Positions 1 to 13,099 of a stretch of DNA of 64,000 nt are shown here, one piece after another. Position numbers and translations under genes: made by a program. This stretch comes from the human T2T-CHM13v2.0 reference genome, Homo sapiens. Below the pieces are notes generated by a model that saw only the letters and a list, made by a program, of their open reading frames with translations, was not told where the DNA came from and did no database searches. Location of the stretch: NCBI RefSeq assembly GCF_009914755.1, contig NC_060930.1; one strand, written 5' to 3'. Positions within the stretch are counted from its first letter, which is position 1. Each line of letters begins with the position of its first letter.

Positions 1-1085
1 GTAATGCAGGAGAAATACTACCTAGAGACAAAGGACCAAAGAGCCCTCTTCCTGAGGTAACTTTACACCTACCAACAGCTAGGAAAACGAAGCTTATGGC
101 CAGGGCCTTGGGTAAGCTCAACTGAGGCTACAATTCCTTTCCTCCCTACTTTTTCCTTTTTTAAGTGGAGTTGCTTTTGAAAGAGCTCCTGTGTATCTGT
201 ATTAGGCAGGTGCCTGTGGTCTGTTCATAGGGTGACGTGGTAATCTATAGAAAAACAAGGATTTTCTGTCCATACAGGTAACTCAAAAGCGACAAGTGAT
301 TATCTGAGAGTTTCAACATGAATGTTCCATATAATTCAAGGTCTTCAATGTCTTGCAATTATTTTGTCCTCTGTGGAAGACTTGAGGGGGCTGGATTATC
401 CAGATAAACTCTGGATTTTTTATATACATGGATTTTTTATATACATTTTATACATGCCCTTGCACAACTGTTAATGTTCCTTCCCCATGTTAACACAAAC
501 TGTGAATTTAAAACAAAAAATGGAAGATAATGCTTTCCTGGGTTACCCATCTCCTTTGAAACATACAAAAGTGAATCCTGTTCTTGTTATTGAGCCATAA
601 ATATATTTCCCCTTATGCTTAATATTTAAGTAATATAATGTACATAGTAAATACAAATGACTCAAGAATAATTTGTGTATTTCAAAATTAAATAATTATA
701 ATAATTAATGAGACTGTATTATAAAGTTTTCCCCAAACCCAGTACCCTTCAATAATGCATTTCCTTCATCTGGCAGCCCTATATCTCTCCTGAATAATTT
801 GTGAAAGGAAAAAGGTAATCTGATAAGAGGCTCCCTAAAAGCGCATCTTTAAATATCATCCTTTGTGATACTATAACTGTTAAGGGGTTTCTTGGTCAGA
901 TTTTTCAGTGCCTTGTTGGGAAAAATTCCTCTGTTTCAAAGTCATTTAAAAAGAAATAAAGAAAATGATTTTTAAAATATGCTTTCCCTTCTTTTCTTCT
1001 GGTTATACATTGGTAGAAGGTCTCTAGAATTTTGAGGTGCAAATGCCTTTGCCTCTTTAATGTGCTGATCAAAAATGTGACCAAG

Positions 1086-1822
1086 CATTAGAGAAATGCA
1101 AATCAAAACCACAATGAGATGCCATCTCATGCCAATTAGAACGGCGATCATTAAAAAGTCAAGAAACAACAGATGCTGGAGAGGGTGTGGAGAAATAGGA
1201 ACACTTTTATGCTGTTGGTGGGAGTGTAAATTAGTTCAACCATTGTGGAAGACAGTGTGGCGATTCCTCAAGGATCTAGAACCAGAAATACCATTTGACC
1301 CAGCAATCCCATTACTGGGTACATAACCAAAGGATTATAAATCATTCTACTATAAAGACACATGCACAAGTATGTTTATTGCAGCACTATTCACAATAGC
1401 AAAGACTTGGAACCAACCCAAATGCCCATCAATGATAGACTGGATAAAGAAAATGTGGCACATATACACAATGGAATACTATGCAGCCATAAAAAGGATG
1501 AGTTCATGTCTTTTGCAGGGACATGGATGAAGCTGGAAACCATCATTCTCAGCAAACTGACACAGGAACAGAAAACCAAACACCACATGTTCTCATCCAT
1601 AAGTGGGAGTTGAACAATAAGAACACCTAGACACAGGGAGGGGAACATCATACACTGGGGCCTGTCAGGGGGTGGGGGTGTTGGTAGGGATGGCATTAGG
1701 AGAAATAGCTAATGTAAATGACAGGCTGATGGTTGCAGCAAACCACCATGGCACATGTATACCTATGTAACAAACCTGCACGTTCTGCACATGTATCCCA
1801 GAACTTCAAGCATAATAATAAA
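1086..1822 (+). mobile_element. 5'-truncated L1 (L1PA7-like): ORF2 C-terminus, 3' UTR and A-tail
   Basis: Translates as the L1 ORF2 end (QIKTTMR.HL.P.R..IIKK...NNRCWRGC...[13 protein letters not shown]). L1PA-type 3' UTR. TSD aaaaatgtgaccaag (1071-1085) / aaaaatgtaaccaag (1823-1837). Confidence 0.93.
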
Positions 1823-2660
1823 AAAAATGTAACCAAGGATAAATAAAGCTCCTTATTATACATCATTCTCTTACTATTTTTTTCTTGCTTATCATTTCAG
1901 CCTTTAATGGTAAGAAATTTGATTGCTTTAGAGTAGCGGTCTTTTCCTCCAAAACAGATGACTCACAAAGCAAGCCACTAGGATTACAAGAGGATGATAA
2001 TCCAGGAAGGGCTGCAGGCAGCATTTTTCCTTCCGCCTGGCTCCTGGCCTCTTGCCCTTTGAGAATGCCTGTGGCTGCCAGGGCAGTATAAACAAATTGG
2101 AGCTGGATCAGACAAGATTTAACGATGATCAGTGTGATAAATTCATTATGGAACCAAGCACTTTATTTACTATTTACTAAGTAGATTGCTATTCATATAG
2201 TGTTGGACCATTTTATAGGATGAGAGGTCTTGAACTAATTTCATATTTGTATGTTCTATTTCCCTAAAAATGAATATTCTTCCATAGCCATTAGTGCAGC
2301 TAGAAGGGAATCCTAATGCAATTACTTAAAAAAAAAAAAACCTCTTTAGGGGACTAACACAAGTATTTGAAACTCAGAAGAGTAGAGTTTTGAGCTACTT
2401 TCTTTGAAGGTAGCATTTTGATGGTAGGAGAGGCCATTTTTTGACAATAACAGTATTAGTATTTTATTCACTCACTAATAAGAATTTATGTTTACTTAAA
2501 CTAAAAGTTAGATCTTACATATAAATTGTGTTTGGTATGATATTCTATTCCAATTTGTCTGTGCCTCCAACTGCTATCATAAGTATCTAAGCAGGCATTC
2601 TTTTACATAAAATGCCTGATAAATACCATTTGCAGTAAAAGTAATAAAAGTCCTATAGGC

Positions 2661-2816
2661 CACTGCTTCTCAAACTTTAATGTGCTTATGAATCTTCTGG
2701 AGATCATGTTAAAATGCAGATTCTGATTCTGGGTGGGGCCTGAGTTCTGAATTAATAACAAGCTCCCAGGTGATAACAGATGTCACTGAACCCAGAACTA
2801 CCCCCTGAGTAGAAAG
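2661..2816. mobile_element. MER5A-like hAT-Charlie MITE
   Basis: cttctcaaactttaatgtgc...gttaaaatgcagattctgattc...gggtggggcctgag...aacaagctcccaggtgat. Confidence 0.85.
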
Positions 2817-4582
2817 TTGTAGGCCATTCCACTTGCAGAATATTTTATCTGAACTACGAAGACTGACCATGAACAGGTACTAAAATTACAAAGCAATGCC
2901 TTAACTTTAGCTGGAGACATGGGCAAAGCAAATGGATAGAATCTTGTTAAATATCTGTGTTGACTCATTTGGACAGTTTTTGGATTTCCTTGGGAATGGA
3001 GAGAGGTATTCCATATTGTATTTCCATTTTACTGTAAAGGCAGGTGCAAGATAAAAACCTAGGAGGTGATGGCACAAGTGGGCATTCCTTTCATTTCAGA
3101 AGACTAAATACCTGGCCCTTCTTGCAAGCAATTGAGCAACCCAGTAACCAATATCAGCAGAATTTGGGAGACAGAATTTTGGCATTACCAAGAATACATG
3201 AGCTTCATCAGTTTAACTTTCTATATGTAAAAATTCTAAACCAGTAACGTCACGTCTCCAGCTGCTGTTGCATTTTGGCCTGCCTTTGTTTTCACCAAGT
3301 GTGAGTGCAGCACAATGCCACAGAAATGAGGGCATAAGAAAAACATCAGATTTATTATTCATAGCAACAGCTCCAAGTCCAGACAGCTCCAAAGTAAATC
3401 TGAGCAAGGACTTGCTGTGACTTTGTGACCAAATACTTAATGTTCTCATATCATTAGTGCGCTCTGGCACTTTATCAAATCTGTAATATTGACTAACTAC
3501 CAGTAATTGCTGATTTATGGGCAAAGTTTTCTCAGTCTTGTTTTCTTCAGGACTCTAACAGACCTTCATCTTCTGAAAACACGTTGAATCAGTAAGTTCA
3601 CGTTCTCTTTGAGCTTTGCTGTTTTTATATCTAAAAAGATGATGTCTTGCTCTTTTACCTGTTGCTGTCAACACTTTACTTGCCTTAAGTTATCGGTTTG
3701 AAAAAAACAGCCACACGTCTGCGCATTCACAGAAGGCAATTAATGAGAATATGGCATGTGGGGAATAAATTTTATTGTTCTATAATTTTCAAAAGCTCTT
3801 TACTTAAGTGCAATAAAATAATGATACAACTAAGAATGATTTCTAAAGAGCATCTAGTCCTTGGTGACAAATAGGTTTCACTTCCAGTGCCATACAATAG
3901 AGAAATGTAAGTAGATGTGCCTTTCATTTTCTAATCAAGATCTAATACCAACCACACTTCTATTCCATGTTCTTCTTTCCTTTTTTCTTTTCTTTTCTTT
4001 CCTTTTCCCCATTATCTGGCACCCTCTATGTAAGATAAAAGTATCAACCAGGCACCAGAATTAAATCTGAGGAAGGATTATACCAAGAGCCTAGGACAAC
4101 TCTACCAACTTCACCTTACCTTCAAACTTCTCCTACCTCTTGTTTTATCATTAACCAGCACCAGGGACTCCCCAGAACACATCCATGGCAACTGTTGTTC
4201 TCCAGCATATTAAAAGGGACACGTATTGCCTTGGGTGCTTTGTAACTCATTCCACACTCATGAATGACCACATTATAGCAAACTTAAACCATACTATAGA
4301 ATGTTTGTTGCCAATCCACAGCTCACAATAGTGGGACACATAGCTATGTCTCAGGTTCTCATCTATACCCTTTTCCAGGAAAAATCCTGTCAGATGTCTC
4401 CTCCATCACTTTTCACCCTTCATTAGCATTAGGAGGGAAGCAGAGGTTGGTGACAACATCATCTGGGACCTTACAATAACTTGGAACTGTCCAAGCATAG
4501 AAATATATGTTTTCCAACTTATTTCTGGATTCAGGAGAGTGTTAATTGCAGCCAAGATGTCTAGAGCTGATTTAGGTCTCTC

Positions 4583-4690
4583 TCTAGCAGTGTGACCTTG
4601 GCTGAATTACTTCACCTTCTAGATATTTTGTCAAGTGTGGATAATGGTATCTGCTCTTAAATGTAGTTAATCAAAGAAAATGTGCAAAAG
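4583..4690 (+). mobile_element. MIR fragment
   Basis: gtgtgaccttggctgaattacttcacc resembles the MIR core. Confidence 0.6.
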
Positions 4691-5592
4691 AACTATGCTC
4701 TCTCCACAGGAAAAGTTCTAGTCTATATCAAACAAGAGATTATTAAGACACTGATATTTTCAAGCTGAGTTAAGGGTAATAGAATTTTCCACAGTAAATG
4801 TACATGTTTGATGATTCTGTTATTGGTGGGCTGATTCTTGATATGTTGATGAAGACCAATGTATAGTTTTCTTGATTAACCCGTGGCTTGGGACTTGTTA
4901 CTTCAAGCACCAATCAAGGTTCAGATTTTTTAAAGCATTTCATCCAATATATCAATTAATCATCTTAGGAATTAGTGTAAAATTAACACATATCTCTGTT
5001 TATGGAAAGAGATGGTTACGTTAGTTGGAATGCTGCAACTGAAAAAAAATCTCAAATATCAAATAATTGATATTAATATAATTGAATGGAAGATGTATAT
5101 TATATTGTTAGTGAGATATAATTCATAAATGTGTACTTGTTCTAAATAACTATTTTATGTGGTTTATCTCACTTCCAAAATAGACACTATTCCATATATC
5201 TAGCAAATATTTTGAGATAGCAAAATGCTAATACATTTTTAAAATTAAAGTAGGAGCTATAGTAAAGTATTGAAATTTCTTTCTTGCTCTTTATTATAAT
5301 ATTTGCTATCACTTTTGATGTTCAAATTTTCACATTTAGCTGCTATAAGGGTTTATTAATTTGTAATCAGACCTGAATAATTAGTATAAACTTCCAGTTA
5401 CTATCCAGATTTAACACTAGATGTGTGTCTTAACTTGTCATCACTCAAATTCCTTGGTTTTTCCCAGGTAGGCCCTTCAGACCCTTCTCAAATTTATACA
5501 CAAAGTTAAGTCCAAATACTGGGAACAATACTTTATAGAAATGCTGAAGGAAATGACATATCAATGTATATTGCATGAAATATACATGTGCA

Positions 5593-5596
<4 letters not shown>

Positions 5597-5624
<28 letters not shown>
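5597..5624. repeat. (CA)14 microsatellite
   Basis: Read directly from the sequence. Confidence 0.95.
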
Positions 5625-5630
<6 letters not shown>

Positions 5631-5779
5631 TGAACACACACCCCTAGTCTCAAGTCAAGGCCTCTCATCAGCTTAAAATACCTAAAGCTTATCATAATAT
5701 ATAACATATAAAACTTATTATAATATTATAACCTAATTATAATATTTTACCATTCCTTTTCAGTTAGAAATTTAACTCA

Positions 5780-6090
5780 AATTTAACTCAACAAATTTGT
5801 TTTGATGATTTATTATGTGAAAGGCACTATGCTAAATGTTGTAGGAGAAATAAAGACTAACAAGGACCTCACTATCAAGCCAAGGACATAATCCATGTGT
5901 ACAAATAACCCACAAGAAGAGGGTTTAAAAGTATCATGAATAAAATTCCATGGGAGCATAAAATAAGACAAGATTGCCACTAGGACCAGCTTTTTAAAGC
6001 AGTTGGCATATTGAACTGAGCTTAAAAAAATAGGTACAATTTCTAGAATTTCCCAACAAAGACAGTTGCATGAGCAAAAGCCTTCAGGTG
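5780..6090 (-). mobile_element. L2 3' fragment
   Basis: caacaaatttg...aggcactatgctaaatg is the reverse complement of the L2 3' end. Confidence 0.6.
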
Positions 6091-6427
6091 TGCTGTGGTT
6101 TGAATTTTTGTCCCCTCCAAAACTCATGTTGAAATTTAATTGCCATTGTAACAGTATTAAGAGGTGGGACTTTTAAGAGGTGATTAGGCCATGAGGACTC
6201 CACCCTTATGGATGAGATTGGTGCCGTTATCACAGGATGACTTCAGTCCTCTCTTGGCCCTTCTTCCTTCCACCATGAGATGACACAGCAAGAAGGCCCT
6301 CCCCAGATGCTAGCACCTTGATATTGGACTTCTCAGCCTCCAGAGCTGTCAGCCAATAAATTTCTCTTCGTTATAAATTACCCAGTCTTAGGTATTCTAT
6401 TGTAGCAGCAAAAAACAGACTAAGACA
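6091..6427 (+). mobile_element. MaLR solo LTR (MSTC/MSTD-like)
   Basis: TG...CA ends (tgctgtggtttgaat...gactaagaca), aataaa signal, typical MST body. Confidence 0.9.
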
Positions 6428-6999
6428 AAGGGAGAAAAAGGCTGGAGTATTTTGGGATTGGTGATTAGAGAGGGATTATGGAAAAAACAGTAAAGCATCT
6501 CCTTCCTCAAAGTGTTCTATCTAGAATTTCACCTGCTTTCATCAAGACTGTGAAAATACTTTTTGAGTACAGATTGGTATGTGAAGAAATTCTAAATCAG
6601 AAAGTGATTTTCTAAGGAGCACATACACAATAATTTTAATTCTTTAAATTGCCCAGGACAACTGAGGATTGCATTCACTAACATTATAAACATTCACTGA
6701 GAGTCTACAGAGTACTCAAAAAAATGGTAAAGCGAGTCATCTGGTAATGCTATATTGGTAACCATCTGACAAGCTCAGTATACAGAGAAGATGTCTGGGA
6801 AGGCATAAGAGGTCACTGGGGTAAGAGTCTCTCAGCTGAGAATGCAAGTGCAGGCACTAGGCATTACTTTGTACTCCAGTTGAAACCCACTAGGGAGGCG
6901 GAGTGGCAGTTTTAGATTAAAAAAAAAATTGAGAAAATAATCCTAAAATGGAGGGGTCTCTCTGAATTACCTTAAGTAATTGAATTGTTACCATAATTC

Positions 7000-7480
7000 A
7001 TTCAATTATTCAGGCCATGGGTGATCTGTAAACCAAACTAAATGTTTCTTCTCCCCTTACTCCTCACATTCAACTGGTCTCTAAGTCTTGCCCTTTTGCC
7101 TTTTAAATATTACTTGGATCTGACCCTTCTGACCTCTAACTTATTTCCCTTCTGTTATAACTGGTTTCCCTGCCTTCATGCTTTCTTCCTTCTAATCTAT
7201 GCCTCACATTGCTGTCAGAGTTGTATTTATGAAGTGCAAAATGGATTGGTGCAAAAGTAATTGCGGTTCTTGCAATTAAAAGCAATTGCAAACCCATGAT
7301 TCCTTTTGCACCAACCTAACACACAAATGGTTAAAACTCTTCAATAGCCTCCCACGATCTACAAGATCTGGCCTTGAATTCTATATATGGTACAAAATAT
7401 CCATGACACATTGTTCTCCGCTCCCTGCCTCTGTCTCTAGATTCACCTCTACCTTGTCATCCTGTGATCAGCTATATAGA
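7000..7480 (+). mobile_element. L2 fragment interrupted by MADE1
   Basis: Pyrimidine-rich L2 body (ccctgcc...ctaatctat...cacattgctgtcagag...aaactcttcaatagcctccc). Confidence 0.55.
7241..7319. mobile_element. MADE1 (Hsmar1-derived MITE)
   Basis: Terminal inverted repeats ttggtgcaaaagtaattgcgg...cttttgcaccaacctaa, about 80 bp. Confidence 0.9.
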
Positions 7481-7979
7481 ATTATCATGAAAATAAACCC
7501 ATCCTCCGGAATTTATCCTTCAATAACTTTGTGCAATAGAAATTTTCAAGGCAGATCTTCACTGGATTAACGAACAGTACCTCTGTGTGCCTCAAGGTAT
7601 TTTTCAAGCAAAAGAAAACAAGTTAAAAAAAAAAAAACCTCAATCCAAACCTTCTAAATTCATTTTGAAAAAGCTTACCTAGTGTAATTCCACAGAGAAA
7701 AATCCTTCAAATGGAGTATTTGAAATATTTGAAATCTATATTTTATTCTAAATGTTTGCTTTATGTATTTATAAATATTTGCTTCTAGTTAACAAGTCTA
7801 TTTTGTACTTTCCTTGCATTTGCTTCTGTGATTAACATTGGTATTTTTATAGTATGAAGAGAACCAGAACTCTAATTTGTAAGATTGTATAAACAGGATA
7901 AAAAGAATTTGCCTAAGCATGACTTGACTTCTAACTATTGTACAAGAACCAATTGTGCTGTCAGAAGTGCCCTATACAC

Positions 7980-8560
7980 AAACTTAGAAATGAAAAGGGA
8001 ACCAAGAGACTATTAAAAGAACTCCAAGAAAGTACTTTGCACAACTCTATATTAATAAAATCTTAAAGAAATGAACAGTAGTCTAAGAAAATAAATTACC
8101 AAAATTGGCCCTTGAAGAGGTAGAAAACCTAAATAAATCAATTTTCATGGAAAAAATAAAGTTGTCACAGAACTACTCCTCAAAAATGTGCAGGACCCAG
8201 ATGGTTTTACAGATGAATTATTTCAAACTTTCCAGGAACAAATTGTTTCTATGCTATATAAACTGGTCCAGAACATAGATAAAGAAAGAAACTGTCTCTA
8301 TTCTTTATATGAAGTCAGCATCCATCTAACAAAGAAAGCACAAACTTCAGAACAATCGCCCTTAAAAGAACTGACTCAAAACTCCTAAACAAAAGGTACA
8401 CTTAATTACTTTAAATATTTTTAAATGTTAGGGAATGACCTAGTAAATTAATTTCAGAAATGCAAGGTTAATTTGACAGTAGAAAATTTATTAATAGATC
8501 AAAAGAGAAAAATCATATCATCATCCTGTGATACAAAAAGGTCATTTGTTTTGATAAATT
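7980..8560 (+). mobile_element. Old L1M ORF2 fragment
   Basis: QDPDGFTDELFQTFQEQIVSMLYKLVQNIDKE..LYEVSI matches L1 ORF2 PGPDGFTAEFYQ...FYEASI. Confidence 0.85.
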
Positions 8561-9854
8561 TGAACTAGGAAGATGCATGCATATTCCATGTTTGCCATAA
8601 CTATCATCTACTTTTAAAATGGGTATGAAGTGGTTAAACAATAAAACCCTGAGACTCCACAAAGCATCATAAACTCCAAACATTCTGTACAGTGGAGGAA
8701 TTTGTTTTGGTCTAATTCTATCTATTCCTTTCTCTCAGAAATGGAGAATGGGTTGCAAAGTGCTTCCCACAGCACTGCCCTGGAGCAGAGAGGGTATAGA
8801 GTACAGGGAGACAAAGTAGGGAGCAGAAAACACTGCACAGATATAAAAACCCCACTCCTAGGAAAACAAGCAGCTACAGCAGGCATTTTGCTGAACGTGT
8901 TGTCAGGGAGAAATACAGCTGATAAAGAAGCAAATACTGATAGAAAGGCTTCCCATGCTCTGGAACTGACAATAACAGCTCTGGTATGAAGCCGTGATCT
9001 GTAACACACAGACTATAGAGAACCTGAACAGCGTGGAACACAGAAAAAAAATTCAATAAGCCAGCTCGATACAAGAAGAGTAGCCAACTAGAACAGGACA
9101 GAAACCATTACCTTAGCTACACCTGGAACCATACTGGGTATGCACTGTAGATTTGAATATTTATTGATAGTTAAGTTCATTGTACAACCTGTAGGGTAGG
9201 AAGGAGGAGTGTGCTTGCCATATTACAAAAGTCCATGAAGACTTAAGAGCCTGCAGGATGTTCAGCCACTTTTTAAGGAGAGTCTACTAAACTGTGTTTT
9301 ATCCCCCCTCAAAAGCTGGCATGAGATATGCCTCCAGCTTCAAGCAAAACAACTCTGCCACTTTAGCAACTGCAGATTGGAGAAGAGTTTGATATAGGAA
9401 CCAAAGGCAACCTAATGGTTGAGCCAAACTTTGTTTAAATGGAGCATTCTTTTTTGACTGGTGGTAAATCCACACAATCGTTTCTTATGAGAACAAAGAT
9501 GTCGTGAGCAAGGGTGAGCTGCAGTTCTGCTTACTGAGAGAGCAAGCCCAGATTTGAAATATAATAAGGATATGCTCTTCATTATCATTACTATACACCT
9601 CCACAGATGTACGCCTTCCCTCCCACTGCCCTTTTTAGCTTCTCCTGGTACTTTCTCTACCCATCCTTGCTCTTAGAGGAAAACAGGTACAACATCTACA
9701 TGGATTCTCTTTAAAAAATAAAAAAGTCAAAGCAGAAGAAAGAACAATAATCCCTAGATAGTTGTGAGTGGCACGAGAATGTGTCACGTAAAGGTAGCAT
9801 GGAATAAACAGATAACTGAGAGAGTAAGATAATGGATGGTGAAGGTTCAGGATC

Positions 9855-9921
9855 AGAGAGAGAGAGAGAGAGAGAACAAGAGAGAGAGACAGAGAGAGAG
9901 ACACAGAGAGAGAGAGACAGA
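9855..9921. repeat. (GA)n-rich simple repeat
   Basis: Read directly from the sequence. Confidence 0.9.
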
Positions 9922-10169
9922 GATCTTGAATAAAAGACTGATAAGCTCCTAGGAATTTCAGGCTAAACAGTAGAAGAGGAGGATGATATAAGATGAGTTC
10001 CTGTGTACTAAGTATCTCACCCCTCAAATTTTGAGACAGACTCAAATAAAGATCAGAATTCTTGACTGGACCACATATATCAAAATGCAACATGTATGTA
10101 AATGTTTATGGATGTTTCCATTAGGTTCTGAGAGCATTGAGCGTTGGGATATAATAACAATAGCACAAT

Positions 10170-10330
10170 TCTAGTCCCAGTCTTCCTGCTGTAGACCTGG
10201 CTCTGACATTGATAGATCTTGGGCAAGTTACTCACTTCTCTGACCTTCAGTTTATTCATTTGTAAAATGACCAGTCTCAGCTAGATGATAAGTGCAGAAT
10301 TGCAGTCCCTTACTGCTCTAAAATCCATAT
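10170..10330 (+). mobile_element. MIR/MIR3
   Basis: cttgggcaagttactcacttctctgaccttcagtttattcatttgtaaaatg. Confidence 0.8.
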
Positions 10331-10984
10331 TACATTGATAGTAGAATACCTTTGTGATGCTGATATGAGGAGCTGGATTTACTAATAGGAAGTGCTCTGG
10401 CCAGATTTTATTATTTGAAGTAATGCATCATGGATATAGCCAGATATGGGCAATAATAGGATAGATACAAATATGGTTTTGTTGTACCCTCTTCTCCTAA
10501 CCAATATTTCAAGCTTAAATAAAAATATAACTAATGAATGAAAAAATAGTGAATTTAATTTCTATGACTTTGAAATATATATTGTAGCCAGTTTTAAGGG
10601 ATAGTATGGAAAACATATACACACACATACATACACACACATATGTCCTGAATTTGTTGCCTCAAAAACAGAACTCTAGGTAAGCATTCACACAGGTCTC
10701 CTCCAGTCACTCCAGAGGCACTGATGGCTCTCCACCATTCACAATTCAGAAAGGGCTGACTTAACTCATTTTGCCATTCCACACCAAAAGAGGGAGATAG
10801 ATTCAAATGTGTACAGAATTTTTAAAAATAATTTTCCTTTCCGTAGTTTCTCTTATGATCTACATGTTGGTAGAGTATTTTACTAATTACACTGAGAATT
10901 ATGCTACTTCATGTACTGCTAGAGTAGATTTCTATTGTTTTTGCCTAACACTCATTCACGTTCCTCTAGTGACAGCACCTGTGC

Positions 10985-11309
10985 TTTCTTTTCTTTAAAT
11001 TTATTTAAAAAAATTTTTTGAGGCAGGTTCTTGTTCTGTCACCCAGGCTGGAGTGCGGTGGCACCCTCATGGCTCACTGAAGCCTCTAACTCCCAGGCCC
11101 AAGTGATCCTCCCACTTCAGCCTCCCAAAGAGCTGGAACCACAGGTTTGCACCACCATGCCTGACTAATTTCTTTATTATTTATTTTCTTGTAGAGATGG
11201 GGTTTTCCTATATTGCCCAGGCTGGTCTTGAATTCCTAGGCTCAAATGATCTTCCCCACTCAGCCTCCCAAAGTACTGAGATTACAGGCATGAGCCACCG
11301 CACCTGGCC
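10985..11309 (-). mobile_element. AluJ
   Basis: Full dimer, diverged, with J-type features. Degraded TSD cacctgtgcttt / cacctgcacttt. Confidence 0.92.
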
Positions 11310-11310
11310 C

Positions 11311-11640
11311 ACCTGCACTTTATTTAGGGAAAATCCACTGAAGAAATTCAGATGGGGCTTACCCCATCCCAATAGCTCTGGGTTGGCCACTTGAATCAGG
11401 ATTGGCCCAGCAGAGCACCGTGTCCCTCTGGCCAGTGACTGGTTCATCAGAGTCAGTGAGTGTTAGACTTAGGTCTCTTGAAGAAGTTATTGGGAAACAG
11501 ATGCTGTTTTTTTTCACTGGAATTCTTAAACAGGACAATATAAACATTGAATTGGAAGTGACCATCCTATGGAGAGAGTCAGTCTGAGAATAAAGTCCAA
11601 TGAGGAGCCTGGAGAATGAGATCCAGTTAGGTCCCCTGAC
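11311..11640 (+). mobile_element. Old MLT1-type LTR fragment (AluJ inserted into it)
   Basis: ctctggccagtgactggttca...ggagagagtcagtctgagaataaag motifs. Confidence 0.5.
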
Positions 11641-11704
11641 TTCTCTGCGATATCTGATAGTCAATCAACTCTCCTTCCTGAGACTCTCACTTCTTTGACT
11701 TCAC

Positions 11705-11960
11705 ATCACATATATATAGCCAAATATAGTTACAGTATTGGAGATATATAGTTTATAATGATATATAATAGTGTACTATATGTATTATATATTATACATA
11801 ATATATATAATTGATATAATCTATTTTATTATTATAGATAACACATGTTATATATAATAGTATAATGATATATATTATATATAATTATATATTGATTATA
11901 TGTAGTGATATATAATATATCATTATATATATATTTAGGCCTTGGATAGAGAATTATATA
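11705..11960. repeat. (TA)n-rich low-complexity tract
   Basis: Read directly from the sequence. Confidence 0.9.
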
Positions 11961-12284
11961 TCATATGGCCTAAATTTAAGTATTCTCCAAGGTTTTTCAT
12001 CAGGTTTTATTCTCACTCTATTCTCTTTTGGTAATATCATCTTCCATTTTAATCCAAAAACATTCACTGTGTTTCCACTCTGTTAAGCATGACAGTTAAA
12101 AAAAAAAAAACTACATAATATCCGAGTAGCAGTTACCCATGTGGAGAAGCAATGGAAAGGTATTCCAGGCACAGAGGAGAGTATGCACGAACACCAAGAG
12201 TTGTGAAATAGTGTGATACATGTGGGGAACCACAAAGAGCCCAAAGTAGCTAGAGCATAAGACTGGGTGGAAAATGACAGATTT

Positions 12285-12620
12285 CAGCTGACAAGTTGAT
12301 CATTTTAGCCTCTTTTCATCATAGATGGCAGAGCAGTTTGTCCTTATGGGAATAGATAATTATTCTGAATTTGGATTTGCTTTCCCTACCCACCTTTGAC
12401 ACCTGATGCCTTTGCCATAAACTCTTTTCATTGACTCATTGAATACATTACAACCCTCATTTCCTTCTACAAAACATTTTCACCAAACAAGAAACTCACT
12501 TCATATTAATAGGGTTGATATGAGCCACTGGCATTGCCCCATTATCCTAAAGAGGCTGCCTGTATGAAACAGAGCATGGCCTATTGAGGACTTGGATATG
12601 TCCCAGCTGGTTGTACTTTT
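12285..12620 (+). mobile_element. ERVL/MaLR-type integrase remnant
   Basis: QFVLMGIDNYSEFGFAFP resembles ERVL integrase QFVLTGIDTYSGYGFAFP. Confidence 0.7.
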
Positions 12621-13099
12621 GAGGGTAATGCCCAAAGCAGATGTCACTTTCTAATGTTTTCACTCTTTGATCTCCTGACTGTCCCATAAATTAGAGGAAA
12701 ACTATGGCATAGTAGATGATGAAAATAGTTTATAATGTAATAAACATAAATTTGACTGAAAAGATGATGTTTGAAATCTAAGTATGTGATTACTTTTTAA
12801 AAAATAATTTGTTGGTTTGCATGCATATGCATCTGTATCGAGTCAAAAAAACTGATATATTCATAATTATGGTTTATTACAGTGAGAAGATACAGATAAA
12901 GATCAACAAAGGGAAAAAAGACATAGGGCAAAGTTCAAGAAACACCAGGCACAAGCTTCTAGGTGTCCCCTCCCAATGGAGTTGCACAAAGACACACTTA
13001 ATTCTCCCAGCAACAATAGGTGACAACAAATATGAGGTGTTATCAAACAAGCAACTCAACTAAGTCTTGGGTTCAGGGTTTTTACTGGGGGTCAGTCAT

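Noticed and set aside
412-445. 17-bp tandem duplication tggattttttatataca
   Set aside because: Ordinary slippage product
1096-1696. Several ORFs
   Set aside because: L1 ORF2/3' UTR remnants and their antisense frames
9635-10093. 152-aa minus-strand ORF
   Set aside because: Kept open by the (TC)n repeat (SLSLSL)
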